Positions 26,825 through 39,960 of a DNA stretch of 64,000 nt are shown in pieces. The notes below the pieces were generated by a model. That model saw only the letters and a program-made list of their open reading frames with translations. It had not been told where the DNA came from and did no database searches. Source of the stretch: Octopus sinensis (taxonomy: Eukaryota); NCBI RefSeq assembly GCF_006345805.1, contig NC_043005.1:80910001-80974000 (forward strand), in the 5' to 3' direction. Positions within the stretch are counted from its first letter, which is position 1. Every line of letters begins with the position of its first letter. Both the position numbers and the translations under genes were made by a program.

Positions 26825-27053
26825 GCGGCGAGCTGGCAGAAACGTTAGCACACCGGGCGAAATGCTTAGCGGTATTGCGTCTGTCGTTGCGTTCTGAGTT
26901 TAAATTCCGCCGAGGTCGACTTTGCCTTTCATCCTTTCGGGGTCGATAAATTAAGTACCAGTTACGCACTGGGGTCGATATAATCGACTTAATCCGTTTG
27001 TCTGTCCTTGTTTGTCCCCTCTATATTTAGCCCCTTGTGGGCAATAAAGAAAC
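26825..27053 (+). mobile_element. SINE family A, full length
   Basis: Full head, body and tail. Imperfect TSD agatat(g/a)gagc. Confidence 0.9.
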
Positions 27054-28952
27054 AGATATAGAGCATGTACTGACCAACAAGCTATTCCTGTCCTTCACCC
27101 CGACATTACATTGATACAAGTTAGATGTCCGTCAGTCAATGAGGATACTCCTATCTTGTGGTACTCTCTACAAAACGATGATATAAATAACCTCAGGTTT
27201 TGAAAATATAATAAAGAAAATTTGATAAACCGAAAAGCGTAAGTATAATTAATTAGAATTAAATGTTCAATCTAAAACATATGCTTAGGGAAAGGACAGC
27301 CTGATCTTACTTTGCCTGCATACAATCTTTCGGACATGTTTGAGGATAGCAAGTCTACTCAGTGCAGTATACTTAAAACAAGTTTGCATATAAAGGAATA
27401 GTTTTTGAAATACAGCACCTGAATTAGTTTGTAGCAGAAGGATTTGCATAACTAAAAATTAAATGAGCTTAATGCAAATAACTGAAATAGACCAATGTTA
27501 TTCAGGTAATGCATTCCGTACGAAGTCATTTTCACTTCGTTGCAATGTTTTCTTTCTTTTGGGACAAAAACAAACAAGCATCACGAAATATTTTTTCACG
27601 TTTCCCAACAAGATGAGAAATAATGTTTTAAGAATTAAGAAATTTCCTAAATATATTTGCATGATTAGGGAAAAGAAAGTTTGAAACTTATTCGAAAAAG
27701 TCAACGTTTGTATCGATCAGTTGAGCATACTTAGTATAGAACAATCTAGAAAAAAATCGAGTCGTTGGTTTATATGCTTGCTATGTTAATGAGGTTTAAT
27801 GGACCGACACAGGACTTTTATTGGTGTCTTACTTGCAAATAAAGATTACCTTCTCCCTTCTATAAGCATATAAATAAATTTCAGAGGTATTTTCAGAAGT
27901 ATTTTGTAATTCACTTTAATTACCTTAGAGTGTTGCTCAAAAGTGCTACTTAATTTTCTGATTTTATTATCAACTAAAATGAAGATTTTAATCAAATATT
28001 ATTCGCCTACATCATTCACTACATTAACATTTAAGTTAAGTATCTCCAATCATGTCATATATCCATTTCACTTCCCTCCATTTGCCGTAAAATAAAAATA
28101 TAGCGGAGAGTGTAAGCTTACTTTGAACAAAAAAATGAGGTGTTGATTATTTTTGTTAAAAATTAGCGTCATACATTTATTTGGTTAAATCTAACTTAGA
28201 AATATAAGACTAGCACAATATTTACAATACGTTATCATATTTTTGTTGACAGTATTCCTTTCAGTAAACGAGGAGAAATTCTTGCTTCGATATGTGTGGG
28301 GGAAAAAATCATCTGTCACTTCAGAGAAATTATATTTCAATGTGTTAAGGATTCAACAAAGCCGACTGCAATCTTGCATTATGTTTTTATTAATTAATTA
28401 ACTACTATCGACTTTTCAAAAACGGTATAAAAAAAATGTTAATTTTTAATACATCTTTATTATTTGCAATTATATTTTTTTTAAGGATAACTAATTTGGA
28501 AATGTAAATTTGTCAGCTTGCGTTGGTTGATATGGACTTGATGCAAAGATCAACATGTCATATCTTAGCAATTGTAACCATAGAGTTGATTTTTAAAATT
28601 CCTCTCAAATGAAATGTCTCAGTTAACAGCTTTTATTCTCTTCTCGGTTTTCAAATCCAAGCATTGATGGTTAGAATTTTGTGTCTGAAATATTTTGTTG
28701 CTTTATTCCAAGTTGACCCCGATTCGCTAGGAGCTACGACTAAAATAATAAACAATCTATTGATTGCTAGCCATTGAACAAGCTGTAGATTGCCACGGGA
28801 TACAATATCTGGAAGTGCATCTTCACATTTGTGATTTCGGGGCTATTTCAAGACGACCAAACTATCAGATATTCATGACCCTCGTTAGAAATGACCAAAT
28901 ATATTCCTTCCACAAGTGTTTTCATTATATATCTTTTAATGAAATATATATC

Positions 28953-29206
28953 TTTTCTACTCTAGCCACAAGGCCCGAAATTTTGGGGAAGGGGACCAGT
29001 CGATTAGATCGACCCCAGTACAAACAAGGGCATACAAACGGATAAAGTATATTATACCGACTCCAGTGCATAACTGGTACTTAATTTATTGACCCCGAAA
29101 GGATGAAAGGCTAAGTCGACCTCGGCGGAATTTGAACTCAGAACGTAACGGCAGACGAAATACCGCTAAGCATTTTGCCCGGCGTGCTAACGTTTCTGCC
29201 AACTCG
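28953..29206 (-). mobile_element. SINE family A-related
   Basis: Conserved central domain and head. Confidence 0.85.
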
Positions 29207-29255
29207 CATATATAGATGTGCTTATATATGTGTATATATACATGCATATATATAT

Positions 29256-29332
<77 letters not shown>

Positions 29333-29465
29333 TGTGTGTGTATACATACATATATATAAGCATATCTATATAAATATTTTTATATAAATTCACAAACACA
29401 TACATAAATGAATATACATATACACATATATATTTGTATGTGTATGTGTGTGTGTGTATGTGAGT
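29207..29465. repeat. (TA)n-rich microsatellite
   Basis: Direct reading. Confidence 0.9.
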
Positions 29466-29757
29466 TTATCGAGATAGTTAAAATTCGATAAGTTAAAGCA
29501 AACTAGTGCCTAATGTTTCTTTTCTCAAAGCAAGTGTGTTGATCTTCCTTATCCTCCTTCATAATCCCTAAAATAAAAACGAGACTACTTGGGATGGTAA
29601 CCATTTATAAAACTCATAACAGATGCAATCCAATATCTGAAACCGGCACAGGATTTAAACAGTTTATAACTGTTTATTAAAGCTTATAACTGCTAGAACG
29701 GTTATGATTTATTGCAAATTCATGTTATCATTATATACTTTTTCTAAACATAGTTTA

Positions 29758-30160
29758 GGCGCAGGAGTGGCTGTGTGGTAAGTAGCTTGTTTACCAACCA
29801 CATGGTTCCGGGTTCAGTCCCACTGCATGGCACCTTGGGCAAGTGTATTCTACTATAGCCTCGGGCCGACCAAAGCCTTGTGAGTGGATTTGGTAGACGG
29901 AAACTGAAAGAAGCCCGTCGTATATATGTATATATATGCGTGTGTGTGTTTGTGTGTCTGTGTTTGTCCCCCTAGCATTGCTTGACAACCGATGCTGGTG
30001 TGTTTACGTCTCCTTTACTTAGCGGTTCGGCAAAAGAGTCCGAGAGAATAAGTACTGGGCTTACAAAAGAATAAGTCCCGGGGTCGAGTTGCTCGATTAA
30101 AGGCGGTGGTCCAGCATGGCCGCAGTCAAATGACTGAAACAAGTAAAAGAGAAAAAGAGT
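29758..30160 (+). mobile_element. SINE family B, full length (reference copy)
   Basis: ggcgcaggagtggctgtgtggtaag...ggttcagtcccactg...ggcaccttgggcaagtg, internal (TA)(TG), tail gactgaaacaagtaaaagag. Confidence 0.92.
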
Positions 30161-30469
30161 AATAGTTAAAGAAACAATCATGTAAATTATCTGCAATGGA
30201 GATTAAATGATTTCGCAGTTACGTAGAATGCACACACTTTACACACACTCACAAGTTCACAGACACAAATAGCTTGGTCTTATTTCAAAACAAATTAACG
30301 TATACAAAGGAAACGGTGGAAATACACCTGGAGACTATCAGAAGATTCATTAGCATTTATTTAATCCGTTTGTAATTTCTAAGATGTGACAAAATCCGAA
30401 TAATTTCACGTCCTTCCTTTTTACGCTACCTTCGTGAACAATGAACTTTTGTAGACTCTTTTGTAGATG

Positions 30470-30670
30470 TATCATTTGAAAGACTTCGTATGCGCACTGG
30501 CACTAGCTCATATTAATATATTGACGATGTCATATATGCATAACTGAAGATTTCGAAAAGTATGGCGTTTGAGGGAACGAAATCAACCAGTTAATCCGTA
30601 CATTGCGCGTGGAATTTGTAAATGAAACGGTAAGAAAATGCAGGCTTTGTCTCAAGTTTGAAATGAAAAG
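30470..30670 (+). mobile_element. Decayed C-terminus of an REL-type non-LTR retrotransposon
   Basis: FEKYGV*GNEINQLIRTLRVEFVNETVRKC aligns with LGFSERETDRLIRTIQVQSVNGPVKLC at 46.8 kb. Confidence 0.5.
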
Positions 30671-32730
30671 GAGCTTTGTATCTTTGTTAGAAACCTGGTC
30701 CTTACTTGCAGCAGTGCTTCAAATAATTAAATCCTGAAGAGAACATATATCCATGTGCACATATCTACATCCGTAAGTACATATATGTATGTATGTGTGT
30801 ATAGACATATACATACATATATAAATATGCATATCTATGGTAATGTAAAAGAATTTACGGGGAAGGTGCAAGATTTATTCTATAGAGATGAACTTTGAAA
30901 TAAAAAATTCTGAGGTAGTGTTTGTAACACTTGAATACATTAGATGTAGAAATATTATACCGTCAAATTTTCTTTGCCCAGATCTATTTCCTTTTGTCCT
31001 CCAAGATACTTAAACCAAATTTATTTTTTAAATACAAGAAAAAGATATCGATACTTCTCTCTCTTTCCCTCTCTTTCTCCTTCTTTCCATCCATCTGTCT
31101 CTCAATCAATCTATCATTCTGTGTATCTGTTTGTGTATCTATCGACCCAGTTATTCTTCTAAACCTCCCATTTTGTCACACACACCGACACAGACACGCA
31201 CGCACACACATACACACACACAAGCATACGCACAAATACATACACATAGTGAGCGTCAGAGAGAGCGAGAGAGCGTATACATGTATATTAAAATATATTA
31301 CATATATTCATATATATACACACTGTACAGAAATGTGTATAGTTATATAAGTATTTATATGCATATGTGTACGTATGAATTCAAACATGTATTGAGAGAA
31401 AGTGTGTCTGTGGTAGAGAGACTACTTCACATAGAAATTATAGATACACAATATCTATTGTTCCTTCACAGAAGTAGCCATTGTAATATTTTCAAATCTA
31501 TAACGCAGACTCTTAATAATTCTAAATCTTTCCTGCATTAAAATCCTCGGGGCATTAAGTACGGTTCTATTATTCGGTATAACAAAACTTCATTTTGTAA
31601 TTAATGAATGAATCGCTGCTAATTGATGAGAGTTAATGAGATAATAACGTTCTTCTCTAACGTAGCCGTGTAGTTTGGAATAATTAGTTTCTAGTGCTAT
31701 TCTTACAATAATGAATCAGTTTGTCTTAGCTTTATTCTCAGGAGCGGCGAGCAGTAGGCAGAGCGAGCTGATGAAGTAGATAAATTATTTGAGTCCACAT
31801 TTATGAGGAGAAAAGTTGTTGATAATGGTGTTCTGCTTTTCAGCTCTATTTGACACTGCTTTTTTGGAAACTTTGCATTAAATTCGCATCAGCTTTTACC
31901 ATCGAGACTTTTATTTATGTTTAAATATTTTCTATCTAGGATTTTTTCAACTGTTGAAGAGATATTATTCTTAATATTTGAAACTCAGTGTTGCACGCGA
32001 TATAAAATTTTATGGGAAAAGCTCAACATGGCTGATGCAAGGCTCGCGTCGCTTGGAAACAAAGGAATGTGCGTTCTTTTTCTCAAATATGGAAAATGTT
32101 ATAGAAAACTATTGCTCAATTTCTTTTGTTACTTCTACTGGTGTTTAGCAAAATTATAATTAATTCAACTCGATTTACACGTATTAGTGTGGCTTATCAA
32201 GCTCTTTAAAGTTACATTTCTAATAATCTTAAGAGGCAACTAGGTAGTAATCGAAATAGGTTTTCGGGCTGAATCCAAATGTGAGTGAATTGCCTGCTAT
32301 ATCTAGTAGATAAGTGAACTACTAGAGACCCAGTCAATTTGTCGTAAACTTAGTATGATGGAGGAAGTAAGATTGGAAAAGTATTGTTTGCCAGTGTTTG
32401 GGGGCAGATAACATTATTTCGTTTCAGTTCTGTTATCTGCCAGGAACACGTTTCAGATTATATTCAACCAGGGGTCACTGTCAACTAGTTTTACAAAGCT
32501 TTTAAAATTTGGATTTTCATTCATAAATTCATGTTTGGTCATCAAAAGAAATCTGCAGTGCGGCATATGCTGAAGTGTGAAGCAAAACTGTAAACTGATA
32601 TAAAAAGGAAAATGTCGGAAAAAAGCATTATGCTTTTGCCTTGAGGCTGACACTTTTAAAACTTTCACAGTGGCGTTTTCCATTTTCGTAAAATGATATT
32701 CTAGCTATCGGTACCTGCGTTTTAGTATAA

Positions 32731-32961
32731 GGCGTCGAGCTGGCAGAAACCTTTGCACGCTGGGCGAAATACTTAGCCGTGTTTCCTCTGCCGTTACGTT
32801 GTGCGTTCAAATTCCGCCGAGGTCGGCTTAGCCTTTCATCCTTTCGGGGTCGATAAATTAAGTACCAGTTACGCACTGGTGTCGATGTAGTCCACTTAAT
32901 ACCTATGTCTGTCCTTGTTTGTCCCCTCTATGTTTAGCCACTTGTGGGCAATAAAGAAGTA
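32731..32961 (+). mobile_element. SINE family A, full length
   Basis: 16-bp TSD ggtac(c/t)tgcgttttag at 32710-32725 and 32962-32977. Confidence 0.9.
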
Positions 32962-33037
32962 GGTACTTGCGTTTTAGCTATTCTCCTTCGGCTTTAATAT
33001 TAAGGACGTTTGTCTCGTGTGTCTTATACAGAAAGAA

Positions 33038-33371
33038 GTGAGGGCGCGTGGCTTAGTGGTTAGGGCATTCAGCTCATGATCGTAAGGTTGTAAGTTCGAT
33101 TCCCGGCGACGCGTTGTGTCCTTGAGCAAGACACTTTATTTCACGTTGCTCCAGTCCACTCAGCTGGCAAAAATGAGTTGTACTTGTATTTCAAAGGGTC
33201 AGCCTTGTCACTCTCTGTGTCACGCTGATTATCCCCGAGAACTACGTTAAGGGTACACGTGTCTTTGGAATGCTCAGCCATTTGCACGTTAATTTCACGA
33301 GCAAGCTGTTCCGTTGATCGTATCAGCTGGGACCCTCGTCGTCGTAACCGGCGGAGTCTTTTGTTTTTTTG
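33038..33371 (+). mobile_element. SINE family D (tRNA head, CORE-like domain, tail shared with family C)
   Basis: 14-bp TSD ttatacagaaagaa at 33024-33037 and 33372-33385. The CORE-like segment is tgtgtccttgagcaagacactt...ctccagtccactcagctg. Confidence 0.88.
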
Positions 33372-34039
33372 TTATACAGAAAGAAACTGGGTTTACATCT
33401 TTGCTAGTGAATTTATTATTACAAATTCACCTGAATAATTTCAACCATAGCCAGAGCACATAAGACAGAATCGAAACATGAAAGGAAATAAGTGTCTGAG
33501 TTTACAAATTTATCTTCTTTGTTTCTTTAATGGATCTAATTGTGACGCACAGATCACATTCCGTAATTTTAAAAACGATAAATCAAAATACGCGTCCTAG
33601 TATACATATTGTCATTCTTTTTTTACAAACACAATCGCTGGCTTTGTCCTACCTTTTTTTCTTTTTTTATCTCTTTGTTTTGCTCGTGTATCGTTATCTA
33701 AAATTGTGATACGTAACAGTTCGGTTTCTCGAATAGTCTTTTTATCGTTAGACAAATAGCCATATAAATGATTCCGATTTGCGTTTGTTTCCGTTTCGTC
33801 AGTATTGTTCTCAATTATCCTTACTCTCGTTGCTAATGTTCTGTTCATTGTTGGATAAGTAAAACTCGGAGTATACAAAGTAGAGAACTTCTACTTCGAG
33901 AAAATAAATGGCTTTTGCAAGGTTAAGACTCCGTATGGATGTTTTACATTCTTGTCAAAAATAATCACATAGAAATACACACGTACACACACACGCACGC
34001 ACACAAGTAAATATATACTGTATGTGAGGACATACGAAA

Positions 34040-34062
34040 ATACTTCTTATACATACATAAAT

Positions 34063-34105
<43 letters not shown>

Positions 34106-34189
34106 TATATACACACACATATATATATATATGTGTATGTATATATGTATGTATATATGTATATCTGTATATATATATGTATATGTATG

Positions 34190-34221
<32 letters not shown>

Positions 34222-34905
34222 CATATATATATCTATGTTTGTACATACTTGTATATATATATATATATATATATATGCCGTTTTTCAACTACTTATATGT
34301 GTGTTTGTCCCTCTCTGCGTGCCAGTATGCGTGTATTCACATCCGCACACAAAAATGACACGACAAAGTCTACACACAATTCTTCATAAACTTTCAGGAC
34401 ATATTTAAGAAGGAAACAAAAGACGAACAGCAGACAACATAAACTTTAAATAAATCAAACTAAAATATAGTTGTTCCGTCTGATTCGCTATTTCTCTTCT
34501 GTGTCTGTTTTTTTTTTTTTTGCTTTTTTCTTTAGTTCTCCAACTAGATGATATATAATTACATTATCGCTGCATAAACCGTGGCCTATGTTGGAATTAT
34601 TTTTCTAAATGGGTCACTGCGTCTTTTGACTGCGAGTTAATGTAACTTGCAAAATGGAGAAAAACAGCTTCGAGGATATATTTGTTTGTTGGCTGTCTTT
34701 GAGGAAACCAGACGGAATTGTGTAGATATGTGCAAAACATGTTTGTTTATGTATGTATGCATGTAAGCGTGTATGTATATATATGTATGGATAGATGGAG
34801 GGACGTATATAAATGTCTGTCTATCTGTTTTCGCATCTATCTTTGTCTCCTTCTAAACATCTGTCTATGTGCATACATATACACATATATACACATAGAA
34901 GCGCG

Positions 34906-34959
<54 letters not shown>

Positions 34960-35074
34960 CGTGTACGTATGTATGCGTGTACGTATGTATGCATCTCTCC
35001 TCTATCTATATGTGAATTGATGGTGACACTCATAAATATTAATTGTATATGTGTGTATGTATGCAACTATATTT

Positions 35075-35114
<40 letters not shown>

Positions 35115-35400
35115 CACAAACACGCACACACACGCACACACGTATATATATATGTATGTATGCATCTCTCCCCATCTCCCTATATATATGGATGGAGACA
35201 CTCATAAATATATTTTATATATGTGTATATGTATGCAAATATACTTACATATACATATATATACATATCACACAAACACGCACGCACACATATACATTAT
35301 ATACACACACAAATATGCGTAGGCACGCTTATACACACACATGGTGAGCTCTGACAAATATACATACACATAAAAATCACGCATATACAAACATTCGCAT
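34040..35400. repeat. Compound (TA)/(TG)/(CA) microsatellite region
   Basis: Direct reading. It is the source of many spurious YI/HT/CV ORFs. Confidence 0.9.
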
Positions 35401-35749
35401 TCATATGAATAATCTCTTTTCTACAGAGCATTCTTACAATAGTTTGGACATTTAGCCATTAACGTGTATACAGGTCATATGATTGCAATCAAATTGAAAA
35501 AGAAAAGAGAATCAAATCAAATCAAATCCTTCCCTCAAGCAAATACAGTAATTAACGAGAAAGCATGTTTAATGTCTTGAAGAAAATGTCTGACTGTGTG
35601 TTTTTCTTGGGTGAAATTTATATTCAGGTTTTACAAAGCTTAGTAGCCTATAACTTTTTTTTTCTAAACAAAAAAAAAATTCTTTATTTGAATGTATATG
35701 CAGAAAAATAACAAACACACACACACATTCACACACACATATATATGAT

Positions 35750-35968
35750 TTTATTCTTTTACTTGTTTCAGTAATTTCAGTAATTGGAGTGCAGCCATGA
35801 TAAATCGACTCCGGGAACTTATTCTTTGTCACCCTAGTACTAATCCTAGTACTTATTCTATCGTTCATTTCTGCTGAATTGCTAAGCTACGGGGACGTAA
35901 ACACACTAATATCGGTTGTCAAGCGATGGTGGGGACAACAGAGACACACTAATGCATATATATGTATA

Positions 35969-36010
<42 letters not shown>

Positions 36011-36012
36011 TG

Positions 36013-36058
<46 letters not shown>

Positions 36059-36200
36059 ATATAATATATATATATATATAATATATATAATGTGCTTCTT
36101 TCACATATATATACATAATGTGCTTCTTTCAGTTTCCTTCTATCAAATCGACTTACACGGCCTTGCTCGGCCCGAGTCTATAGTAGAAAACACTCTTTTA
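35750..36200 (-). mobile_element. SINE family B with expanded internal (TA)n, head truncated
   Basis: Homology to the family B tail and body. Confidence 0.8.
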
Positions 36201-36240
36201 CTCGTTTCACCCATGCGGCCGTGGTCATGCTAGAGCACCA

Positions 36241-38030
36241 GCACGGTTTTTCTCCCTTCCTCAGTATGGGTGTTTCAATTCACCACTCCTGTATGTGAAT
36301 TTGTTCCAACTGTTGGTACATTTGTTGTATAAGGGAGTTTGAATCCGATGACTTCGTCTGTACCGTATGTCACACTTTTGGTTCATCCGGTATTGTGGGG
36401 AGGAGAATGTCTAGTTCTTTTTGAAGACATCTACTTCCACTTTATGCAAATTTCTTAATTTTTGTGACAGGGCGTTGAAGAGCTGTGCGCCTTTGGACTC
36501 TAGACTATTGCAATACCTAGTCCTGAATTTAGATGGAGTGGACGGTACCTTTGGTACATTTCAATGTCAGCCAGGGTTGGCATTTGTATAATACTCAATG
36601 CCAAAGTTAGGTACCAGCCCTTCCAGGATTTTCCATATGTAATTAGTGCGTATCTCCCACGCCTTCGCTCCAGGGAATAAACATGTAGTTTTCTCAGCCT
36701 ATCCCTGTAGCTCATCCACTGCACTGTTTCAAACATTTTAGTGTAGTGGCGTTGGATTGCTTCAAGTTCCGCTGATAGTTTGGCGCTATGTGGTGACCAT
36801 AAATGGGAGTAGTACTGCAGGCGGATGAGTACAAAGTTTCTGCTGACCTTCAAGACATAGTTTCTTAGTGTCCTGTCTTGAAGGACAGTAGTATCCATCA
36901 TGCCAGTTGTCTGCACTTTACGACCATCTTGGTAATGTCCATATGGAATGATGGGTCATTGCACATACTGATCCCCAAGACTTTCACTGCCTATGACTCT
37001 GGGATTTTTATGCCTTTGGATCCTGTAAATAGCGATTGTACTGTATTCGTGAGTTAGTAGTACAGTGTCTGAAATTTACCAGCATTAAACTGCGAGTTGT
37101 CTATTTCAGCCCACTTGTATATTGCATTTAGGTCTTGCTGTAAGCTTGTGTCATCATCTTGGTTTATTATTGCCTGTGATAATTTTGTATCATCGGCATC
37201 GCTAGTGACAGTGGCTGTCGGAGCATGTTTAAGAGGGCTATCATGAACAGTAATGACCTCAGAATAGTTCCCTGCGGAACACCACTTAGGATTTGAGTTT
37301 CCTCAGGAAAGGCACCATTGGCTGCAACTACCTGACTTTTGTTTTTAAGGAAGTCATGTAGCCATTCTTTCAGTTTACCAGCAATGTCAAGGTCACGCAG
37401 CTCATAACTTCCCATCTCATGATCTACCTTATCAAGTGACTTCGCGAAGTCAAGGTATATTACACTGAGATGTGAATGATCAAGCAGCTGTTTCAAAACC
37501 CAGCCATAGTGCTATAGGAGCTGTGTGAGGCAGCTTCTTCGTAGACGGAAGCCATACTGAGTATTGTTCAGTTGGTCATTTTCTTCTAAGAACATCATCA
37601 ACTTCTTTCTGTTGCTTCGCTCCATGGCTTTACTGATACATGAAGTCAGAGAGATTAGTATGCAGTTGTTGGCCTCTGGTCTGCTTCCACCTTTATGTGT
37701 AGGGCATATAATGCCTTCTTTCAGCGTTTTAGGATGTAGACCACTTGAAAGGAAAATTTGGAAACGTATCTGACCTGGTTACATGACTTTAGGAGAATAG
37801 CTTGGAAGCCATCAAGACCAGTGGCGGAGCATGAACTCATTTTATCTATGGATACTGTTACATCTGTTTCTTCAATGTTGATGTAATCGATGGCTGGCGC
37901 CTTTTTTAGGGCTGCACTATCAAAGAATTCAGCTGGATTTTTATCTGCATGTGTCCAAGGGGGTTACTGAAGTCAGTTTGAAATTATTCACTGAGTATCT
38001 CACTTATCCTTCCTGGGTCCGCAGTCAGTG
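36241..38030 (-). mobile_element. 5'-truncated CR1/L2-group LINE, RT domain, inactivated
   Basis: VIYLDFAKSLDKVDH...SGVPQGTILRSLLFMI (37167-37496), a frameshifted ADDTK-like motif, and RDRLRKLHVYSLERRRGRY (36500-36916). Confidence 0.9.
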
Positions 38031-38039
38031 AGTCATATA

Positions 38040-38790
38040 TATATTCCATTAAAAGAAACACAGAATAAACAAGCAAACGAGGACTCAAACAAGCAATATA
38101 TTAATGAGACCCTCAGAGAAAGGAGAGGGTAGTTGTTTTACGTTTCGAGCTTAGATTTTCTTCGGAAACAGGAACATCAGGAAAGTCTAAAACGAAACAA
38201 GGAAGAAGGACGAAAATCTCGCCAACAGTTCATGTGCAGTTACATTTCTGTGACCGGAAGTAGAAAGAATGAAGAGAAACTGCTTTCCGAGACAGGAGAG
38301 TGTAAAATGGTCGGTATTTGTGAGTGTGTGTGTCTGTGTCGTGTGTGTACGTGTGTGTGTGTGTGTGTGTTTGTGGGGGTAGCGTACATATGTATGGTAG
38401 CGAGTGCGTACGTGTGGCATTAACTGCGCGTGTTTGTGAATGTGGTGATAACTATGTGTGTGCGTTTGCGCGTGTGCGTTTGGTAACGAGTGTGATGTGT
38501 GTGTGTGGTAGCCTCTGTGTGTGTGCGAGTGTGTGGAAGCGCGCGCGTGTGTGTGTAGCATTAACTGCCTGTGTGTGTTTGTGTTTGTGTGAAATGTCTG
38601 TGTGCCTGTGCCTGTGTGTCATAGGATCTGTGTGCGTGTGGTGGGAACTGTGTGCCTGTGTGTGTTTTCCGATTTGAGAGGTCACCCGCTATAATGACAG
38701 GTGTGTGAATTGGTGGGTGTGGCAGTGTGTGTGTGTTTGTATTTCCGTGTATCTGTAGAAGGATGAGTCAATAGTGAGTCAGAGGCTATG
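38040..38790 (-). mobile_element. Probable Penelope-like 3' end with (CA)-rich UTR
   Basis: Minimal hammerhead motif at 38134-38170, preceded by a microsatellite-rich UTR like that of the 54-kb element. Confidence 0.5.
38134..38170 (-). ncRNA. Minimal hammerhead motif, mutated
   Basis: tgttt CCGAAGA aaatctaagctc GAAACGTA aaaca. Stem I is a perfect 5 bp and ACGT is palindromic, but U4 is C and stem II is decayed. Confidence 0.5.
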
Positions 38791-38869
38791 TGTATGCGTG
38801 TGTTTGTCTGTGTGAAAGGGTCTGAGTGTGTGCGTGTGTGTGTGTGTGTATACAAAGAGACCATGCTGG

Positions 38870-39230
38870 GACGCAAGCCTGCAGAATTTAGTCGAACGTA
38901 CAGACCCCAACGCCTGTTATTTTTCAAGTCTGCGCCTCATTTTATCGGTACTTTTTGCCAAACCACTAAGTTACAGAGGCAGAAACACACGGACAGCGTT
39001 TATCTAGCAGTAGCGGTTAACAAACATGGACAGAAACACATACGCGCGCGCGTACACATACACGTATATGTATACGGTGGGTTTTTTTTCAGTTTCCGGC
39101 TTCCATGTCGATCAACATGTTTTGGGTCTTCCGAAGGCTATAGTGGAAGACATTTGACCAATGTGCGGCGCAGTGGGACTGAACACGGAATTATGTGGTT
39201 GGCAAGCAAACTTCTTACTACACAGCAATG
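38870..39230 (-). mobile_element. SINE family B, diverged
   Basis: cagtgggactgaacac...gcaagcaaacttcttactacacagc. Confidence 0.75.
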
Positions 39231-39796
39231 CAAGTGCCGAAATAAACAGGAATACGAAACAAAAATAATTATGAAATATATGATTTATAAGATAAGATTA
39301 ATTTGACTTACTGTGATTTGAGATTCGTTCAACTTTGGGTAACATATTGTATTGTACTTTGAAGAATATATTAAAGAAGAATTTGAAAATGGAAGCGAAT
39401 CATACGAGTAGATAACATTAAGTCGGTCTGCGATTTGTGGATTAAAGAATCTAATTATTTGTCAAAATCCACTTCTGAAATACCGCTATAGAACTAGTTT
39501 CATGTTTAGACAACATTCCATGTCAGATTACTACTTTTTTTTTGTGAGTATACAATCAAGCTTGTCATCAGAGAATCCACAGAAACATCACCGAATATAC
39601 CAAAGCTATGTACAGAGCACAGAAAATCGAGATGCTGTGATGTTATTTACAGGTGTTTTCTGATGCATACAACACCAGATCTCCCAAGGTCCTTTATAAC
39701 ATGTTATTGTTCAACCTTAATTATTCCTTGAAGTACCTCATGAACGTATAAGCGCTTCATATTATTAGATATAGATACGTAAAGTCACAATAGGGA

Positions 39797-39960
39797 GGGA
39801 TGTATGACTTAGTGGTTAGGGTGTCGGACTCATGATCATAAGATCATATGGTTTCAATTGCTGGACAGTGCGATGCATTTTGTTCTTGAACAAATCACTT
39901 CATTTGCGTTGCTCTAGTCCACTCTGGTGGTAAACATAAATAATCCTGCGACGAAATGGT
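39797..39960 (+). mobile_element. Old CORE-type SINE related to family D
   Basis: gacttagtggttagggtgtcggactcatgatc...gttcttgaacaaatcacttcatttgcgttgctctagtccact. Confidence 0.6.

Noticed and set aside
33612-33891. Minus-strand open frame of about 90 codons with possible AG/GT flanks and a GPCR-loop-like look
   Set aside because: No transmembrane segments or motifs in frame. ORFs of this length are expected by chance in 64 kb.
39490-39572. CTGATGA...GAAACTAGTT on the minus strand
   Set aside because: Neither stem I nor stem II can form, so this is a chance co-occurrence of core words.
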